Below, one piece after another: positions 32,463 to 42,899 of a stretch of 64,000 nucleotides of DNA. Positions within the stretch are counted from its first letter, which is position 1, and the number at the start of each line of letters is the position of its first letter. The notes beneath the pieces were generated by a model. The model ran no database searches. It saw nothing but the letters and a program-made list of their open reading frames with translations, and was not told the DNA's origin. The stretch comes from Smithellaceae bacterium (GTDB lineage Bacteria > Desulfobacterota > Syntrophia > Syntrophales > Smithellaceae), in contig CAXXVL010000002.1 of assembly GCA_963667845.2 (NCBI GenBank), positions 3,415,961 through 3,479,960 on the forward strand, given 5' to 3'. The position numbers and the translations under genes were made by a program.

Positions 32463-32539
32463 GGGCGATTAGCTCAGTTGGATAGAGCGCTGGCCTCCGA
32501 AGCCATAGGCCGAGAGTTCGAGTCTCTCATCGCCCACCA
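32463..32539 (+). tRNA. tRNA-Arg (CCG)
   Basis: GGGCGAT/ATCGCCC acceptor with encoded CCA, GCTC/GAGC D-stem, CT-CCG-AA anticodon loop, GAGAG-TTCGAGT-CTCTC T-arm. Confidence 0.95.
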
Positions 32540-32568
32540 AGCCATCATCCAAGCTCATCAGGAAACCC

Positions 32569-32601
32569 AAAAACCCCCGCCGAAAAACAGCGGGGGTTTT
32601 T
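32569..32601. terminator. Intrinsic terminator after tRNA
   Basis: AAAAACCCCCGC-loop-GCGGGGGTTTTT. Confidence 0.88.
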
Positions 32602-32725
32602 GTTTGTCCATTTTTTATCGCAAGGACATCCGCGGGAGCTTCGCAAACGGTTGCAGCCCGAATAATCAAAACATGCCCGATTCCATCCCTGCTTCTTTCT
32701 CTGCGCCCTTTCGCAGTGCTGCGGG

Positions 32726-33938
32726 CTAAGATACAATGCTTTTGTCGAACAACTCGCGGATTTTTTCTTCCGGATAGCCCATGTCCTTCAGGATTTGACG
32801 GGTATGTTCACCGAGACCCGGCGCGGGCCTTGGTTTGACTTTGTCCGATCCTTCGATTGTCAGAGGGCTGTTCACCGTACAGAAGATTCCGTAGCGAGGG
32901 TGATCGACCTCGACGAAGACGTCCGTGGCAGCCATCTGCGGGTCATTGGCGATCTCTCCGGATGAAGGGATGGTGGAAAAGGGAATATCGTATTCCGTAA
33001 GCGCACGGACCCAATGGGCGAGATCGTATTGGGCGATCATCTGATCGATGATGCCGATAAGTTCCGCCATGTGCTCGACACGGACTTGAACGGTTGCAAA
33101 CCGTGGATCGTCGATCAGATCCGGCCTTGCGATGGCCAGACAGAAAGGCGCCCAGCCTTTGACGTGATCGTGGATATTGAGTTTGAATTTGCGGCCGTCA
33201 TTCGGCCTGTAATAGATATATGTGGAATTATAGGCCCGTTCTCGCGGGACCTTCTCATTGTAGCGCGCGCCGCAGAGACCCGCGGAAATCATCGTCGCAT
33301 TGCTCCAGGCGCCGGACGCAAGAAGCGAGGTCGATACCCTGGCGCCTTTACCGGTCTTTTCCCGCCCCAGCAGAGCCAGCAGGACCGCGCTCAGTAAATT
33401 CATGCCGCTCGGACGGTCTCCCGATCCATAGGGAAGCGGCGAGAGCCAGCCCTCAACAGGGAACACCTGGTCCTCAAAACCGGACCGTGTCCAGTAGGAG
33501 ACCATATCATATCCGGGCTTGCTCGCTTCGGGTCCCTTTTCCCCATACCCTGTGGCATAGGCATAAACCAGGCGGCTGTTGATCTTTTGAAAATCTTCAT
33601 ACGTCATCCGGAGTTTTTCCAGGGCGGCTGCCCGATAGTTCGTCATAAAAACGTCCGCATTCCGGATGAGTTTTTGCAGGATTTCCCGGGCCGCTTCTTC
33701 CTTGAGATTTAACACCATGCCTTTTCTTATTTCTGTTCTCAACCTGAAATGCGTAAGGTATTTCCGCTACGGGCATTCCGGGGAGCTGATGCCCGTAGCG
33801 ATGGATATCGCCACCGCCCGGCGGTTCGATCTTGATAACGTCGGCGCCGAAGTCGGCCAGGACCGCCGCCGTTGTGGGCACCAGGACGTTCGACGACGCC
33901 TCGATGGCGCGCAGGCCCTACAAAATAGGCTGCTCCAT
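32726..33938 (-). pseudogene. CaiB/BaiF family III CoA-transferase pseudogene
   Basis: LADFGADVIKIEPP, NRNKK, ADVFMTNYR, PGYD, APGLGEHT; in-frame TAG at codon 7 (33918-33920) and +1 frameshift near 33722. Confidence 0.88.
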
Positions 33939-34099
33939 TTATCTCTCCTATGCATCTGCTTTAAATTGGTATTGCACCATTATTGCCTATTTTATTTCCT
34001 ACCGGATGCTTTCCATAAAATGGTCAACTTTTTACATGAAAGCCCTCACCCGGTAAAAATTCGGTTTTCGGCATCTTCTGTCGACTTATTTTTCAGCCT

Positions 34100-35458
34100 T
34101 CAATTTTGACGGGAAGCTATCGCGGCGCAATTGTTTTTCCGACTTTCCTTAGTCATCTCATCCACAATCTTCTGTTGCGACCAGGTTTCACGTTCTGCAA
34201 AACGGGGGTCCGTCTTTCCGTATTTTTTTTGAATGAAAGAAATGGATTCCCGGGCATCCTTCAGGTGGATGGCTATGATGCCGCACTTGTCCAGTCCCCA
34301 GCGGGCCTCAACCGTGGCTCCGGGGTCTGAAGACATCCATTTGAAATTCTGAAATACATGCTGCAAATTAACAGAACGGTCAGGAGAAATTTGCAGTCGA
34401 ATCTTGTCCATTTTGTCGAGAATAGAATTCCGGTCCAGATGATTTTTGCCGATGATTTCTTCCAGATGGTCAATCATAACGCCGATAAATTCATCCCGGT
34501 CGAGTGTGCTGTAGATTTCCCAAAAACGCGAGCCTTCCGGGCATTTAATTTCATGACATTTCTTATGACCATCAAGAACGACGGGTATTCTTTCGTTCAA
34601 CCGGCGCGTGAGAGTATTTATTATTTTTTCCGTCTTCTCACTGGGGTCGTAGATTTTCGGGTCAATGCGCTTTTCCACCGCTTCGAAATAGTCCGCATAC
34701 CCCTTGGCGAAAGCTGACGAATACTGTTCTTCGGAATAGAAGGGATACTCCTTCACAGGGAGATAGTGCCACCCATTGCCTGTCTTGACCGGCCAGCGAA
34801 ATCTCACAAACCCGGAAACGCGGTCATGACCGGGCGGAAGGAACATGAAATTCCTGAGGAGCATCTTCTGGACCCTTGTCGGCAGGTTCGCTTCCAGGGT
34901 CTGGATCGGATGGGCCGCACTGCCATCCGTGACAAGACGGCATACGATGCCGGCATGATCTCCGGCAATCAGAAAGATGGTTCCGGCCGTGACGGAGTCC
35001 GCGGCAATATGGATGGGATAGGTATCATAAGGCAGGGTTCGCGTTGATGTTCTGTAGATCATATACAGCAGCGCAGTTCGAAACCGACGATCCTTTTCCC
35101 AATTCTCATCGGTCGGCAGATGTTTCCAATCCGTTGACCAGTGCCCGATCAGACGGTTATCGACTGTTCTGGCGGCGGCCGGCAGATGATGGATGCGGGC
35201 ATAAATCCAGCGCAGCGCATAGGGCACATCGGCGCAGTCCACCCGCATTTCATGGCGAATGAAAAACTCTTCCGTAATATTCGTTTCGATCCACTTACTG
35301 TAATTATATTCCTCTTGAACCGTCCACCGGCGTTCGCCGACTTTCCACAGCTGAGAATCAGACTCCCGGGAATTGTCACCAAATGCAGACGTCACCGGGA
35401 AGGTGAATGCCACAAGGAATATAGCGATCAGACGAAAAGAAAATTTCATAAAATCCAA
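34100..35458 (-). CDS. Exported hypothetical protein, paralog 1 (DCAD/DHAG motifs)
   Basis: Signal peptide; collinear and highly similar to 35644-36987. Confidence 0.8.
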   Translation of the reverse strand: MDFMKFSFRLIAIFLVAFTFPVTSAFGDNSRESDSQLWKVGERRWTVQEEYNYSKWIETNITEEFFIRHEMRVDCADVPYALRWIYARIHHLPAAARTVDNRLIGHWSTDWKHLPTDENWEKDRRFRTALLYMIYRTSTRTLPYDTYPIHIAADSVTAGTIFLIAGDHAGIVCRLVTDGSAAHPIQTLEANLPTRVQKMLLRNFMFLPPGHDRVSGFVRFRWPVKTGNGWHYLPVKEYPFYSEEQYSSAFAKGYADYFEAVEKRIDPKIYDPSEKTEKIINTLTRRLNERIPVVLDGHKKCHEIKCPEGSRFWEIYSTLDRDEFIGVMIDHLEEIIGKNHLDRNSILDKMDKIRLQISPDRSVNLQHVFQNFKWMSSDPGATVEARWGLDKCGIIAIHLKDARESISFIQKKYGKTDPRFAERETWSQQKIVDEMTKESRKNNCAAIASRQN

Positions 35459-35643
35459 TTCTTCGGACCTCCACCAACAGCCGAAACCGCCGTCGATTTC
35501 CCTGTATTACAGTCGGCTCCGGAAAACAACAAGAAATACGTCTCCGTGATGACGGGCATCACACAATTGGCATTTAGTGATTAAAAGCAAATTATTTTGA
35601 AGGGTGTGGCGCAGGCCTGCTACGGCAGCATACTCCTCAAGCA

Positions 35644-36987
35644 TCAATTTTGACGGGAACCTGTCGCACAGTTGTTTTTCTGACTTTCCCGGATCATTTC
35701 GTCCACGATTTTTTGTTGCGTTGGAATGGATTGCTCGGCAAAACGGGGATCCTTCCTGCCGTACTTCGCTTTAATGAACGAAATGGATTCCCGCGCGCTC
35801 TTTAGTTGGATCGCAATGGTGCCGCATTTATCCAGTCCCCAGCGGGCTTCGAGTGTAGCTTCCGGGTCCGAAGATAACCATTTATAATTCTCAAGTACGT
35901 ATTGCAAAGTCACAAACCGGTCAGGAAAAATTTGCAGCCGGACCTTCGCCATTTTATCGAGAATGGCATTCCTGTCCAAATGGTTTTCTGTGATGATCTC
36001 TTCAAGATGATCCACCATAACGCTGATAAACTCATCCCGGTCGGGAGTGCTGTGAATTGCCCATAAGCGGGACTCTTCCGGACAAGGAACTTTGTGACAT
36101 TTCTTATAGCCGTCAAGAACAACGGGTATTCTTTCAGTCAGCCGGCCGATGATCGTATTGATTGCTTTTTCCGCCTTTTCATTGGGATCATAAACCTTCG
36201 GATCGATCCGCCTGGCTATGGCTTCCAGAAAGTCGCTGTATCCGAAAGCGAAAGCCGTGGAATACTGTTCCGTGGAATAGAAGGGATGCTCCTTCACGGG
36301 AAGATAATGCCACTGTCCGCCCGTCTTTATCGGCCACCGAAATTTGAGCAAACCGGACATGTTATCACCGCCCGGATCCGGTAAGATGAGATCCCTGAGA
36401 TGCAATTTCTGGATCCTTGCCGGCGAGCCTGCTTCCAGCGTCTGGACGGGATGCGTCGTACTTCCATCCATGACGATTCGGTTGACGATGCCGGCATGGT
36501 CCTCCGCGATCAGGAAAACGGTTCCGGGCGTCACGGAGTCTGCGCCAATGTAAATAGGATAGGTGTCAGCGGGCAGGGTTCGCGTCGCTGTAATCGACAG
36601 CATGTGCAACAAGGCGGCCCGAAACCGACGGTCTTTATCCCACGTCGCGCCGGTCGGGAGATGCGCCCAGTCTCTTGACCAGTGCCCCATCAGCCGGTTA
36701 TCACCTGTCGTTGCAGCTGCCGGCAGATGGGCGATGCGCGCATAAATCCAGCGGAGCGCATAAGGCACATCGGCGCAGTCCACGCGAATGTCATGGCGAA
36801 TAAAGAAGTCTGCTGCAACATTTACTTCTATCCACTTGCTGTATTTATCTTCCTCTTGAATCGTCCACCGGCGCTCACCGACCTTCCAAACCTGAGAGTC
36901 GGATTCACGGGCATCAAAGCAAAATGCAGACCCCGTCATGAATGTGAATAATGCAAGAAATATAGAAATCGAACGAAAAGAAAACAT
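35644..36987 (-). CDS. Exported hypothetical protein, paralog 2 (DCAD/DHAG motifs)
   Basis: Signal peptide; collinear and highly similar to 34100-35458. Confidence 0.8.
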   Translation of the reverse strand: MFSFRSISIFLALFTFMTGSAFCFDARESDSQVWKVGERRWTIQEEDKYSKWIEVNVAADFFIRHDIRVDCADVPYALRWIYARIAHLPAAATTGDNRLMGHWSRDWAHLPTGATWDKDRRFRAALLHMLSITATRTLPADTYPIYIGADSVTPGTVFLIAEDHAGIVNRIVMDGSTTHPVQTLEAGSPARIQKLHLRDLILPDPGGDNMSGLLKFRWPIKTGGQWHYLPVKEHPFYSTEQYSTAFAFGYSDFLEAIARRIDPKVYDPNEKAEKAINTIIGRLTERIPVVLDGYKKCHKVPCPEESRLWAIHSTPDRDEFISVMVDHLEEIITENHLDRNAILDKMAKVRLQIFPDRFVTLQYVLENYKWLSSDPEATLEARWGLDKCGTIAIQLKSARESISFIKAKYGRKDPRFAEQSIPTQQKIVDEMIRESQKNNCATGSRQN

Positions 36988-37542
36988 TGGGCAATCCGTT
37001 TATTGAAACTCTATTAATATCATCCTCGTCAGTCGGGCACCTTCCGCAAGCTCCCCGGAAATCAATGATCCGTGGCGGACCTCGGATCGGCAATGTGCGG
37101 TTACTTCCCGGGCTGACTCTCCTTTTATGCAATCACCGCTTTATTCTTTGCGAAATAGTCATCGGACGGATTGAACATGGAATCTTTATTGATATATTGT
37201 TTTCAGCCCATCTCCGCCGAACGTCAAACAGGTTACGGACGCAAAGATCATTGTTTTAAAAATATATCTATCTTTTGAATAATCAAGGGGAGAGAAACGA
37301 AAAAGATGAATCCGAATGGGGCAAGGCGCCTCTCCATGCGGAGCTTCTGGAAAAAGTTGCGCACATTTACTGTCTGGCGCTTTCCACAGGGAAAACGATT
37401 ACGACGCTCCAGGCGTCGACGATTGATTCTATTGCTCCTTCACGCCGTTTGGAAGCCGGGGACGCGCCGCAGAACGGCAGTAAATAAAGCCGTGCTGCAC
37501 ACGCGCAGGCAAAAATGGAAATCAGTCAACCGGCGCCGAGCC

Positions 37543-38619
37543 CTATCGATTCCGGTATAATTTCCCCCGAGAGGCAAATCCGTTAAAGAGCGCTCCCTGC
37601 ATTCTGCCGACGTCAGTCAGAATCTCGCATGTGATCTCGTCGAGAAAAGCCAGTTTGGGCAGATTCTCGTCTTTGAAAAGCACTTTTACCGCGTCCCTGG
37701 AACTGCGGTTGCTACAGGCCGCAGCATCCAGTTGAGTGACTTCATCGTTCTCGGCAAAAGCATCCAGGAGTTCCCGGCCGAACCGATCCAGCAAATGATA
37801 GAATATGGGATTATGCCTCTTTTTACACCGTTTAATATAGGCTTGCAGTCCGGCATCCGTATCTTCGCTCTGTCCTTCCCTCGCCCCCTGCAGCAGGGCC
37901 TGTTTGAACGGTTCAAAGCCCTCGCGAAAACGGCGCTCTACATAGATTTCATAACTTTGATGCAGGGCGGATACAATTCTCAAAATTTCGTGCCGCGTAA
38001 AATAATTCCTGACAAGAAATGAACCGGGCAATCCCTTGACGTGAAAGGGATGCCCGAGATCAGCCAGATAGTGCGCACCGCGTGCAAGATAGCGCCAGCC
38101 CCAGTAGTCTTCGCGGTTTTCAAAGGCCAATGCCGCCAGATCTCTATGAACGCGGAAAGATTGCGGCGCGATGCCGTAAGTTGTTCCCATCAGCTTAAAA
38201 TACATGTGCCGCCACCCATGTGAGCCCCCGGTGATTCGCTGATTCTTATGCAGTATCAGATCATCGTCCGTATAGAGATCGGGCTCTGTGCTGTAAATGA
38301 CAAGAATTTTCCAGGGCTCAATCGTCCTTCCGGAAGGTATTTGCAGAGCAAAATCGCCGTTTCTTTTTTTGTGATCAAAAGACCAGAACGGGTCCAGTTG
38401 ACGATGAATCTGATAACTCTCCTTGTAAACATCGATGTGTTTTGGACCGGTGGGCCAACGTTTCTCGCCGTAACCCGGATTTGCCTTTACGGATACGGAA
38501 GGCAAGGACATGAGATCATCTGAGGCCTGCACGGAAAAGTAGGCAAGATACTCGTGGGCAAACCAGGGAGACCAGGCCTCGGGCATAGCGGGATCATTGT
38601 GGAGATAATCATTCAACAT
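37543..38619 (-). CDS. Putative Zn-dependent phospholipase C/P1 nuclease-fold protein
   Basis: W...H near N-terminus, EPD, RHM, HYLADLGHPFH, HQSYE. Confidence 0.6.
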   Translation of the reverse strand: MLNDYLHNDPAMPEAWSPWFAHEYLAYFSVQASDDLMSLPSVSVKANPGYGEKRWPTGPKHIDVYKESYQIHRQLDPFWSFDHKKRNGDFALQIPSGRTIEPWKILVIYSTEPDLYTDDDLILHKNQRITGGSHGWRHMYFKLMGTTYGIAPQSFRVHRDLAALAFENREDYWGWRYLARGAHYLADLGHPFHVKGLPGSFLVRNYFTRHEILRIVSALHQSYEIYVERRFREGFEPFKQALLQGAREGQSEDTDAGLQAYIKRCKKRHNPIFYHLLDRFGRELLDAFAENDEVTQLDAAACSNRSSRDAVKVLFKDENLPKLAFLDEITCEILTDVGRMQGALFNGFASRGKLYRNR

Positions 38620-38677
38620 CTTTATTCCTTTTGATGAGATCGTCGTCGAAAAGCCTGCTCAATGCAAATATTTAATC

Positions 38678-38779
38678 AATCAACCCCCTCGCAGCAAGCT
38701 GTCGAGATATGAAATGAACGTCATTATTTCGCAGCAAGCGACAGGGAATTAACGCTCGTCCCGCTTAAGCTCGATTAAA
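38678..38779 (+). repeat. ~105-bp dispersed structured repeat, copy 2
   Basis: Same conserved blocks as copies at 5951 and 39893. Confidence 0.9.
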
Positions 38780-39048
38780 GCAATTTACAAACGGACAGCC
38801 TCTTGACAGCGCCGCAGAGGTTACACCAAATCCGTTAGATTTAAAATCATTTTCCTTTCTTGCGTGCAGTTTTCATCATCGTTTCGGATCGCAATTGAAT
38901 TGGCGAAACATGCTTTCAATCGCCTTGCAGACATAAATATAATCCTTGATTTTCCAATGATCCTGATATAGAACGCGTCAACACTAAGAATAAGGACTCC
39001 CCTTGCTCCTGAACTAAATCAGGGGCTTTAGAGCCGAAAGGAGAAATT

Positions 39049-39519
39049 TTGAAAAGATACGAAGTTATAGCTATTGTCAAAACGGATGTGTCGGAAGAAG
39101 ATTTGACAGCCATCATGGACCGGTCTTCCAACATCATCACCGAACGTAAAGGGGTCATCGCCAAAGCTGAAAAATGGGGCAAACGGCGTCTGGCCTACGA
39201 AATCAACAAACAAAAAGACGGGTTCTATTTCTTCATCGACTATGCCGGTGACGGCTCCATCGTGGCTGAAATGGAAAGAAATTTTAAAATCGACGACCGC
39301 ATTTTGAAGTTCATGACCGTGACCAAAGAAGGCGCCACAACCCGTGAAGGGATGGAATCGGAAGTCGTCGCGGCGGAAGTGAAACGCACGTCGATCCGCA
39401 TAGAAACTGATAATTCGGCGGCAAACCGGGATGATAAGCCGGCCGGCGACGCAAGACCCGCAAGGCCGACATTCAAAAAAGCAATTACCCGGGAAGACAT
39501 TGCCCCGAAAGGAGAATAA
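39049..39519 (+). CDS. rpsF: 30S ribosomal protein S6
   Basis: [25 protein letters not shown] start after AGGAG. Confidence 0.95.
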   Translation: MKRYEVIAIVKTDVSEEDLTAIMDRSSNIITERKGVIAKAEKWGKRRLAYEINKQKDGFYFFIDYAGDGSIVAEMERNFKIDDRILKFMTVTKEGATTREGMESEVVAAEVKRTSIRIETDNSAANRDDKPAGDARPARPTFKKAITREDIAPKGE

Positions 39520-39521
39520 TC

Positions 39522-39809
39522 ATGGCTATAACGAACGGCGACAGACCCGACAGACCCGAAAGACCATCACGTCCGCCCCAGAAGAAATTTTTCCACAGAA
39601 AGAAATTCTGCCGCTTCTGCACGGACTCCAATATTAAAATTGATTACAAAAACCCGGTCATTCTCAATAATTTTGTGACGGAGCGCGGTAAAATCATGCC
39701 CAGAAGAATTACGGGGAACTGCGCGTATCACCAAAGAGAACTGACGGTCGCGGTTAAAAGAGCCCGCACCATCGCCATTATGCCTTTTGTCACTGCTGAA
39801 GGCCGATAG
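39522..39809 (+). CDS. rpsR: 30S ribosomal protein S18
   Basis: [29 protein letters not shown]. Confidence 0.96.
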   Translation: MAITNGDRPDRPERPSRPPQKKFFHRKKFCRFCTDSNIKIDYKNPVILNNFVTERGKIMPRRITGNCAYHQRELTVAVKRARTIAIMPFVTAEGR

Positions 39810-39822
39810 TTTTTTTCATCAG

Positions 39823-39864
39823 ACCGGCCGGCTTTGTCCTCGCGGATGAGAGCCGGCCGGTTTT
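39823..39864 (+). terminator. Terminator-like hairpin after rpsR
   Basis: ACCGGCCGGCT...AGCCGGCCGGT followed by TTT. Confidence 0.7.
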
Positions 39865-39892
39865 GATTTTACCCAAGCGAATTTATTGAATT

Positions 39893-39996
39893 AAGTCAAC
39901 AACCTCGCAGTAAGCTATCGAGGGTATGAAATGAACGTCAATATGCCGCAGCAAGCGACAGAGAATTAACGCTCGTCCCCAAGTGAGCGGGATTAA
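39893..39996 (+). repeat. ~105-bp dispersed structured repeat, copy 3
   Basis: Same conserved blocks as copies at 5951 and 38678. Confidence 0.9.
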
Positions 39997-40031
39997 GTCC
40001 ATTACCTATTTTTCAACGCAGGTTATTTTTC

Positions 40032-40994
40032 TTGACAAATTTTAACGCATTGTCCACCGAGAGCCCGTTTATCCGGCTGTTGCTGATCATCACATTCTTT
40101 CTGGCAGCCTCTCTGATTCCTTTTGTCGGGTTGCTATTCCTTGCTGTGCTGCCGCTGGTTGTATTTTTGCTGGGCATGCTCAATGACCCGATGAAAACGC
40201 TGATTGCCCTGCTTTCCGGGCTGTGCATCACGCTCGTCATCCTTTCATTTATGCATGCCGTCCTGCCCGTCATTACACTGGCAGCGATGGGACTGGCCGG
40301 GGTACTGATGACCCGGGCAACAGTGAAAAATTATTCAATAAATAGCATCATTCTCCTGCCTTCTTTCGCCATCCTGGCGGCAATTGCATTTTACTTTATT
40401 TACGGCGGCATCCAGCTTTCCATCACCCCCTGGCAGCTTGTCGAAAAGCACATTGCGGAAGCCGTGGACATGAACATAAAGCTATACAGCCAGCTGCCTT
40501 TGGGCCCCGAAGAAATTAAATCAATTAAGGATAGCAAATCCGAAATCGTTCAACTTTTTACCGGAATTTTTCCCGCTCTGTGCGTTATCGCGGCAATATT
40601 CATCATTTGGCTGAACGTGCTCATCGGCAATAGATTCCTGCATAAAGCCGGCATTGCCGTACCAGCATTATCGGCGATGTCCGAATGGAAGGCGCCGGAC
40701 TGGCTGGTGTGGTTCTTTATCGCGGGCGGAGGATTATGCTTCATTCCGCAGATTTACGTCAGATCTTTCGGCATCAATATTCTCCTGATTGCGTCCGTCG
40801 TTTATCTGCTGCAAGGCCTTGCTATTATTAGCTTCTTCTTTCAGAATAAAAATATCTCCCCGTTTTTCCGGTGGCTTATTTATTTTTTAATTGCGATTCA
40901 ACAAATTCTTATGATAGCAATAGCGGCAGTGGGGTTCTTCGATATTTGGATTGATTTTCGTAAATACTTCCGCAAAGATCAGGCGACAGAATAA
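40032..40994 (+). CDS. YybS/DUF2232 family membrane protein
   Basis: Polytopic; WKAP..LVW, QGLAI, GFFDIWIDFR; between rpsR and rplI. Confidence 0.85.
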   Translation: MTNFNALSTESPFIRLLLIITFFLAASLIPFVGLLFLAVLPLVVFLLGMLNDPMKTLIALLSGLCITLVILSFMHAVLPVITLAAMGLAGVLMTRATVKNYSINSIILLPSFAILAAIAFYFIYGGIQLSITPWQLVEKHIAEAVDMNIKLYSQLPLGPEEIKSIKDSKSEIVQLFTGIFPALCVIAAIFIIWLNVLIGNRFLHKAGIAVPALSAMSEWKAPDWLVWFFIAGGGLCFIPQIYVRSFGINILLIASVVYLLQGLAIISFFFQNKNISPFFRWLIYFLIAIQQILMIAIAAVGFFDIWIDFRKYFRKDQATE

Positions 40995-41028
40995 TTATAC
41001 ACGATTTACTGCTAACAGGAGGTTTTCC

Positions 41029-41478
41029 ATGAAGGTTATTTTGAGGCAAAACGTACCTTCCTTGGGCAAGGCCGGAGATCTGGTTAAAGTCAATGACGGT
41101 TACGCCCGCAACCTGCTTATTCCAAAAGGGCTGGCTATCGAGGCGGACGACAAAAACATTAAAGCCTTTGAAGTCGAAAAAAAGAGTGTCCTGCAAAAAG
41201 CCCAGAAGGAAAAAGGCCACGCCCAGGATCTGGCCGCGCGCCTGGCCGATGTTACAATTACATTAGCGCGTAAAGTGGGCGATCAGCATAAGATCTTCGG
41301 CTCGGTCACCTCTAAAGATATTGAAACCGCTCTCAGGGAAAAGGGCTTCGATATCGACCGCAAGATGATTGTCCACGATGAGCAAATCAAATCACTGGGC
41401 GAATTTAAAGTAAGGATCAAGCTGGCAACGGGCGTTGATACGGAACTGAAAGTGAATGTCGTCGGCGAAGAATCATGA
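41029..41478 (+). CDS. rplI: 50S ribosomal protein L9
   Basis: MKVIL, LGKAGDLVKV.DGYARN.LIPKG, IFGSVT, IKSLG. Confidence 0.96.
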   Translation: MKVILRQNVPSLGKAGDLVKVNDGYARNLLIPKGLAIEADDKNIKAFEVEKKSVLQKAQKEKGHAQDLAARLADVTITLARKVGDQHKIFGSVTSKDIETALREKGFDIDRKMIVHDEQIKSLGEFKVRIKLATGVDTELKVNVVGEES

Positions 41479-42827
41479 AAGACATCGATCCGTCCTTATA
41501 TAAGCTTCCCCCGCAGAATGTCGAAGCGGAACAGTCCATTCTGGGAAGCATTCTGCTGGAAAACGGTTCCATCAATGCGGCGCTGGAAATCATCAATAAG
41601 GGCGATTTTTACAATGAAGCGCACCGGAAAATCTTTTCCGTTATCGTGGAACTTTCCGACAAAAATGAACCTGTTGATATTATCACTCTGAGCAATGCCC
41701 TCAAGGATAAGCAGCTTTTGGATTCGGTCGGCGGCACTGCCTATCTCGCCTCGCTTGTAGATAACGTCCCGTCGGCCGCTAACGTCGCCAATTACTCCAA
41801 GATCGTCAAAGAAAAGGCGATTCTGCGCGGGCTCATCGGATCGGCCACCGAAATCATCAACAGCTGCTATGAGACCGGTTCGGATGTCGACCAGGTGCTG
41901 GATAAAGCCGAGCACAGTATTTTCGAAATTTCCGAAAATAAGGTGCGGCCCTCCTTTTATCCGATTAAGGACATCGTCCGGGAAAGCTTTCGGGCAATCG
42001 AAGACCTTTTCACCCGCAAGGAACTCATCACCGGCGTGGCCACCGGGTTTGACAGAATCGATGATATGACCTCCGGCCTGCAAAACTCCGACCTCATTAT
42101 CATCGCCGGACGCCCGAGCATGGGTAAAACAGCCTTCGCTCTTAACATCGCGCAGCATGCCGCTCTGGAGACTCAGATACCTGTGGCAATTTTCTCACTC
42201 GAAATGTCCAAAGAGCAGCTGGCTTTCCGAATGCTCGCCTCCGAGGCCAAGGTTGATTCGCAGCGCCTGCGCAAAGGATTCCTCGGTGAAACCGACTGGC
42301 CGAAACTCACGACGGCGGCGGGCCGGCTCTCCGAAGCTCCGCTGTATATTGACGACACCCCCGCCATTTCCGTTTTGGAAATGAAAGCCAAGTCCCGCCG
42401 TTTGAAGGCTGATCAGGGCCTGGGCTTGGTCGTCGTGGATTATATTCAGTTGATGCGGGCCGGCGGATATACAAATTCCCGCGAACAGGAAATATCGGAA
42501 ATCAGCCGATCGCTTAAAGCACTGGCCAAAGAACTGAAGGTGCCGGTCATCGCCTTATCTCAGCTCAATCGGAAAGTAGAAGACCGTCCCAACCGCCGTC
42601 CGCAAATGGCGGACCTGCGTGAATCGGGTGCCATCGAACAGGACGCGGACGTTATTGCTTTTATCTACCGGGATGAAGTATACAATAAGAGCGATGACAA
42701 CCCGGATAAAGGCGTTGCCGAGATTATCATCGGCAAGCAGCGTAATGGTCCCACGGGAGCTGTAAAACTCGCCTTTCTGGACAAATTCACTACTTTTGAA
42801 AATCTCGCACGTCCGGAAAGCCAGTAA
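41475..42827 (+). CDS. dnaB: Replicative DNA helicase
   Basis: PPQNVEAEQ, GRPSMGKT, FSLEM, DYIQL, LSQLNR, DLRESGAIEQDAD, KQRNGPTG. Confidence 0.98.
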   Translation: MKDIDPSLYKLPPQNVEAEQSILGSILLENGSINAALEIINKGDFYNEAHRKIFSVIVELSDKNEPVDIITLSNALKDKQLLDSVGGTAYLASLVDNVPSAANVANYSKIVKEKAILRGLIGSATEIINSCYETGSDVDQVLDKAEHSIFEISENKVRPSFYPIKDIVRESFRAIEDLFTRKELITGVATGFDRIDDMTSGLQNSDLIIIAGRPSMGKTAFALNIAQHAALETQIPVAIFSLEMSKEQLAFRMLASEAKVDSQRLRKGFLGETDWPKLTTAAGRLSEAPLYIDDTPAISVLEMKAKSRRLKADQGLGLVVVDYIQLMRAGGYTNSREQEISEISRSLKALAKELKVPVIALSQLNRKVEDRPNRRPQMADLRESGAIEQDADVIAFIYRDEVYNKSDDNPDKGVAEIIIGKQRNGPTGAVKLAFLDKFTTFENLARPESQ

Positions 42828-42899
42828 GCAGCCCCAGTGGATTTCGTGCAACGATTATCATTCGAATAACGTTCAACATGCAGGTTCGGTGCAGCGCAG

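Noticed and set aside
32463..32539. C-U mismatch at the top of the tRNA anticodon stem; tRNA as an integration site
   Set aside because: A 27-43 mismatch is tolerated; no integrase or duplicated tRNA 3' end found.
33918..33920. In-frame TAG as pyrrolysine or read-through
   Set aside because: The same gene also has a frameshift, and no pyl genes are visible.
36990..37260. Possible riboswitch upstream of the paralog pair (GGACGCAAAG, GGAGAG, paired segments)
   Set aside because: Could not build a c-di-GMP-I or glycine aptamer fold by eye; an Rfam cmscan would decide.
41475..42827. Possible intein in DnaB
   Set aside because: Normal 450-aa length with contiguous motifs.
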